A stretch of 42,845 nt of DNA from Mollicutes bacterium (GTDB lineage Bacteria > Bacillota_I > Bacilli_A > RF39 > UBA660), in NCBI GenBank assembly GCA_012513875.1, contig JAAZBI010000064.1:1-42845 (forward strand), read 5' to 3'. The stretch's first letter is position 1, and the number at the start of each line of letters is the position of its first letter. The position numbers and the translations under genes were made by a program. Positions 41,887-42,845 of this stretch are shown here, piece after piece. The notes beneath the pieces were generated by a model. The model was given only the letters and a program-made list of their open reading frames with translations. It did not search any database and had not been told where the DNA came from.

Positions 41887-42748
41887 AAGAAGAGCTCTTG
41901 GTAAAGGATTAGAGCAATTATTTAATTCGGAAAATTTAGATTTTAATCGTTTAGAAACAACTATTGTAGAAACTGCATCAAAAGATGAAATCATAAATGT
42001 AAAATTATCTGAATTAAGAAGTAATCCTTATCAACCAAGAAAGAATTTTGATGAAGAAGCTTTAAAAGAATTATCCAATTCAATTAAAGAGAATGGTGTT
42101 TTTCAACCAATCATTATTAAAAAAAGTATTAAAGGTTACGAAATAATAGCTGGAGAAAGAAGAGTTAAAGCTAGTGTTTTAGCAGGTTTAGAAACAATTC
42201 CTGCTATAGTTCGTGATTTTTCTGATGAAGAGATGATGCAAATAGCTTTATTAGAAAATTTACAAAGAGAAGATTTAAATGCAATTGAAGAAGCTCAAGC
42301 ATATAAATCAATGATTGAAAGTTTAAACATTACTCAAGATATTTTAAGTCAAAAACTTGGTAAAAGTCGTAGTCATATTACCAATATGTTAGGTTTATTA
42401 AGATTACCCAATAATATTCAAAATTTAGTAGTTCAAAATAAAATTTCAATGGGTCATGCTCGTGTTTTAAGTAAATTAGATGATTGGGAGTTAATTGATA
42501 GTTTAGCGAAAAGAATAATTAAAGATGATTTAAGTGTTCGTTCTTTAGAAAACATTGTTTCTATTCAACATCAACCCTTAAAACCTAAAAAAAAGAAAGA
42601 AAATAAATATCAATATTTAGAAGAATCTTTAAGTGAAAAACTAGAAACAAAAATATCAATTGAAAATAATAAAATAAGTATTAGTTTTTCTGATATAGAT
42701 GATTTAAATCGAATTTTAGAATTATTAAATATTGATATTGAAAGATAA
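41876..42748 (+). CDS. spo0J: chromosome partitioning protein ParB/Spo0J
   Basis: N-terminal ALGKGLEQLF, GERR CTP-binding box, HTH GKSRSHITNMLGLLRL and ISMGHARVL (ParB-type, not Noc-type). Overlaps soj by 11 nt. Confidence 0.93.
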   Translation: MENKRRALGKGLEQLFNSENLDFNRLETTIVETASKDEIINVKLSELRSNPYQPRKNFDEEALKELSNSIKENGVFQPIIIKKSIKGYEIIAGERRVKASVLAGLETIPAIVRDFSDEEMMQIALLENLQREDLNAIEEAQAYKSMIESLNITQDILSQKLGKSRSHITNMLGLLRLPNNIQNLVVQNKISMGHARVLSKLDDWELIDSLAKRIIKDDLSVRSLENIVSIQHQPLKPKKKKENKYQYLEESLSEKLETKISIENNKISISFSDIDDLNRILELLNIDIER

Positions 42749-42750
42749 TA

Positions 42751-42845
42751 ATGAAAAAAGAATATAGTTTAGGAACGAAAGTTATTATGAAAAAAATTCA
42801 TCCTTGTGGAAATAATCTTTTTGAAATAACTAGAGTTGGTATAGA
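42751..42845 (+). CDS. DUF951 (YyzM-like) small protein, 3'-truncated by window edge
   Basis: MKKEYSLGTKVIMKKIHPCGNNLFEITRVGI matches the ..V.MKKPHPCG...W.I.R.G. pattern of the small gene that follows spo0J in Bacillus (recalled). Confidence 0.7.
   Translation, partial: MKKEYSLGTKVIMKKIHPCGNNLFEITRVGI

Overview
AT-rich (roughly 28-30% GC by eye) chromosomal segment from a low-GC Bacillota/Mollicutes-like bacterium. It uses the standard code: TGA is used as a stop (e.g. rsmI) and Trp is TGG. It has peptidoglycan genes (murD, FemAB-type transferase, lgt). About 50 of the 51 real genes are on the + strand, tightly packed with many 1-17 nt overlaps. The first ~28 kb is a condensed, co-linear version of the origin-proximal region of Bacillus subtilis (order from memory): gyrB-gyrA, ffs, tadA, dnaX, ybaB, recR, holB, ricT, rsmI, pth, dut, metG, tatD, yabE-like, rsmA, spoVG, divIC, mrnC, rlmB, sigH, secE, nusG, rplKAJL, ybxB-like methyltransferase, rpoBC. 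Next come the trans-translation block (secG, rnr, smpB, ssrA), then femX-like/murD/eno, then a holin-4-like gene, lgt, a trxB-like gene, an HD-domain gene and whiA, and finally soj-spo0J-DUF951. I saw no rRNA, tRNA, CRISPR array, transposase or integrase. Observations outside plain annotation: (1) two consensus parS sites 41 bp apart right after gyrA, followed 65 bp later by a perfect Noc-binding-site (NBS) palindrome, with a second identical NBS inside the ybaB CDS, although only a ParB-type paralog is visible here. (2) A small unexplained accessory module directly flanking the tmRNA gene: an orphan antisense gene on one side; on the other a start-codon-less ~100-codon ORF, a ~6-TM membrane protein and two micro-ORFs encoding single-TM peptides, all translationally overlapped. 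(3) The positional trxB ortholog keeps its FAD and CxxC motifs but has lost both NADPH-binding motifs. (4) Two 23S-rRNA L1-stalk mimic motifs, one before rplK and one before rplA. I cannot assign a function to the ssrA-flanking module. It is the best candidate for something undescribed, but the evidence is purely structural.
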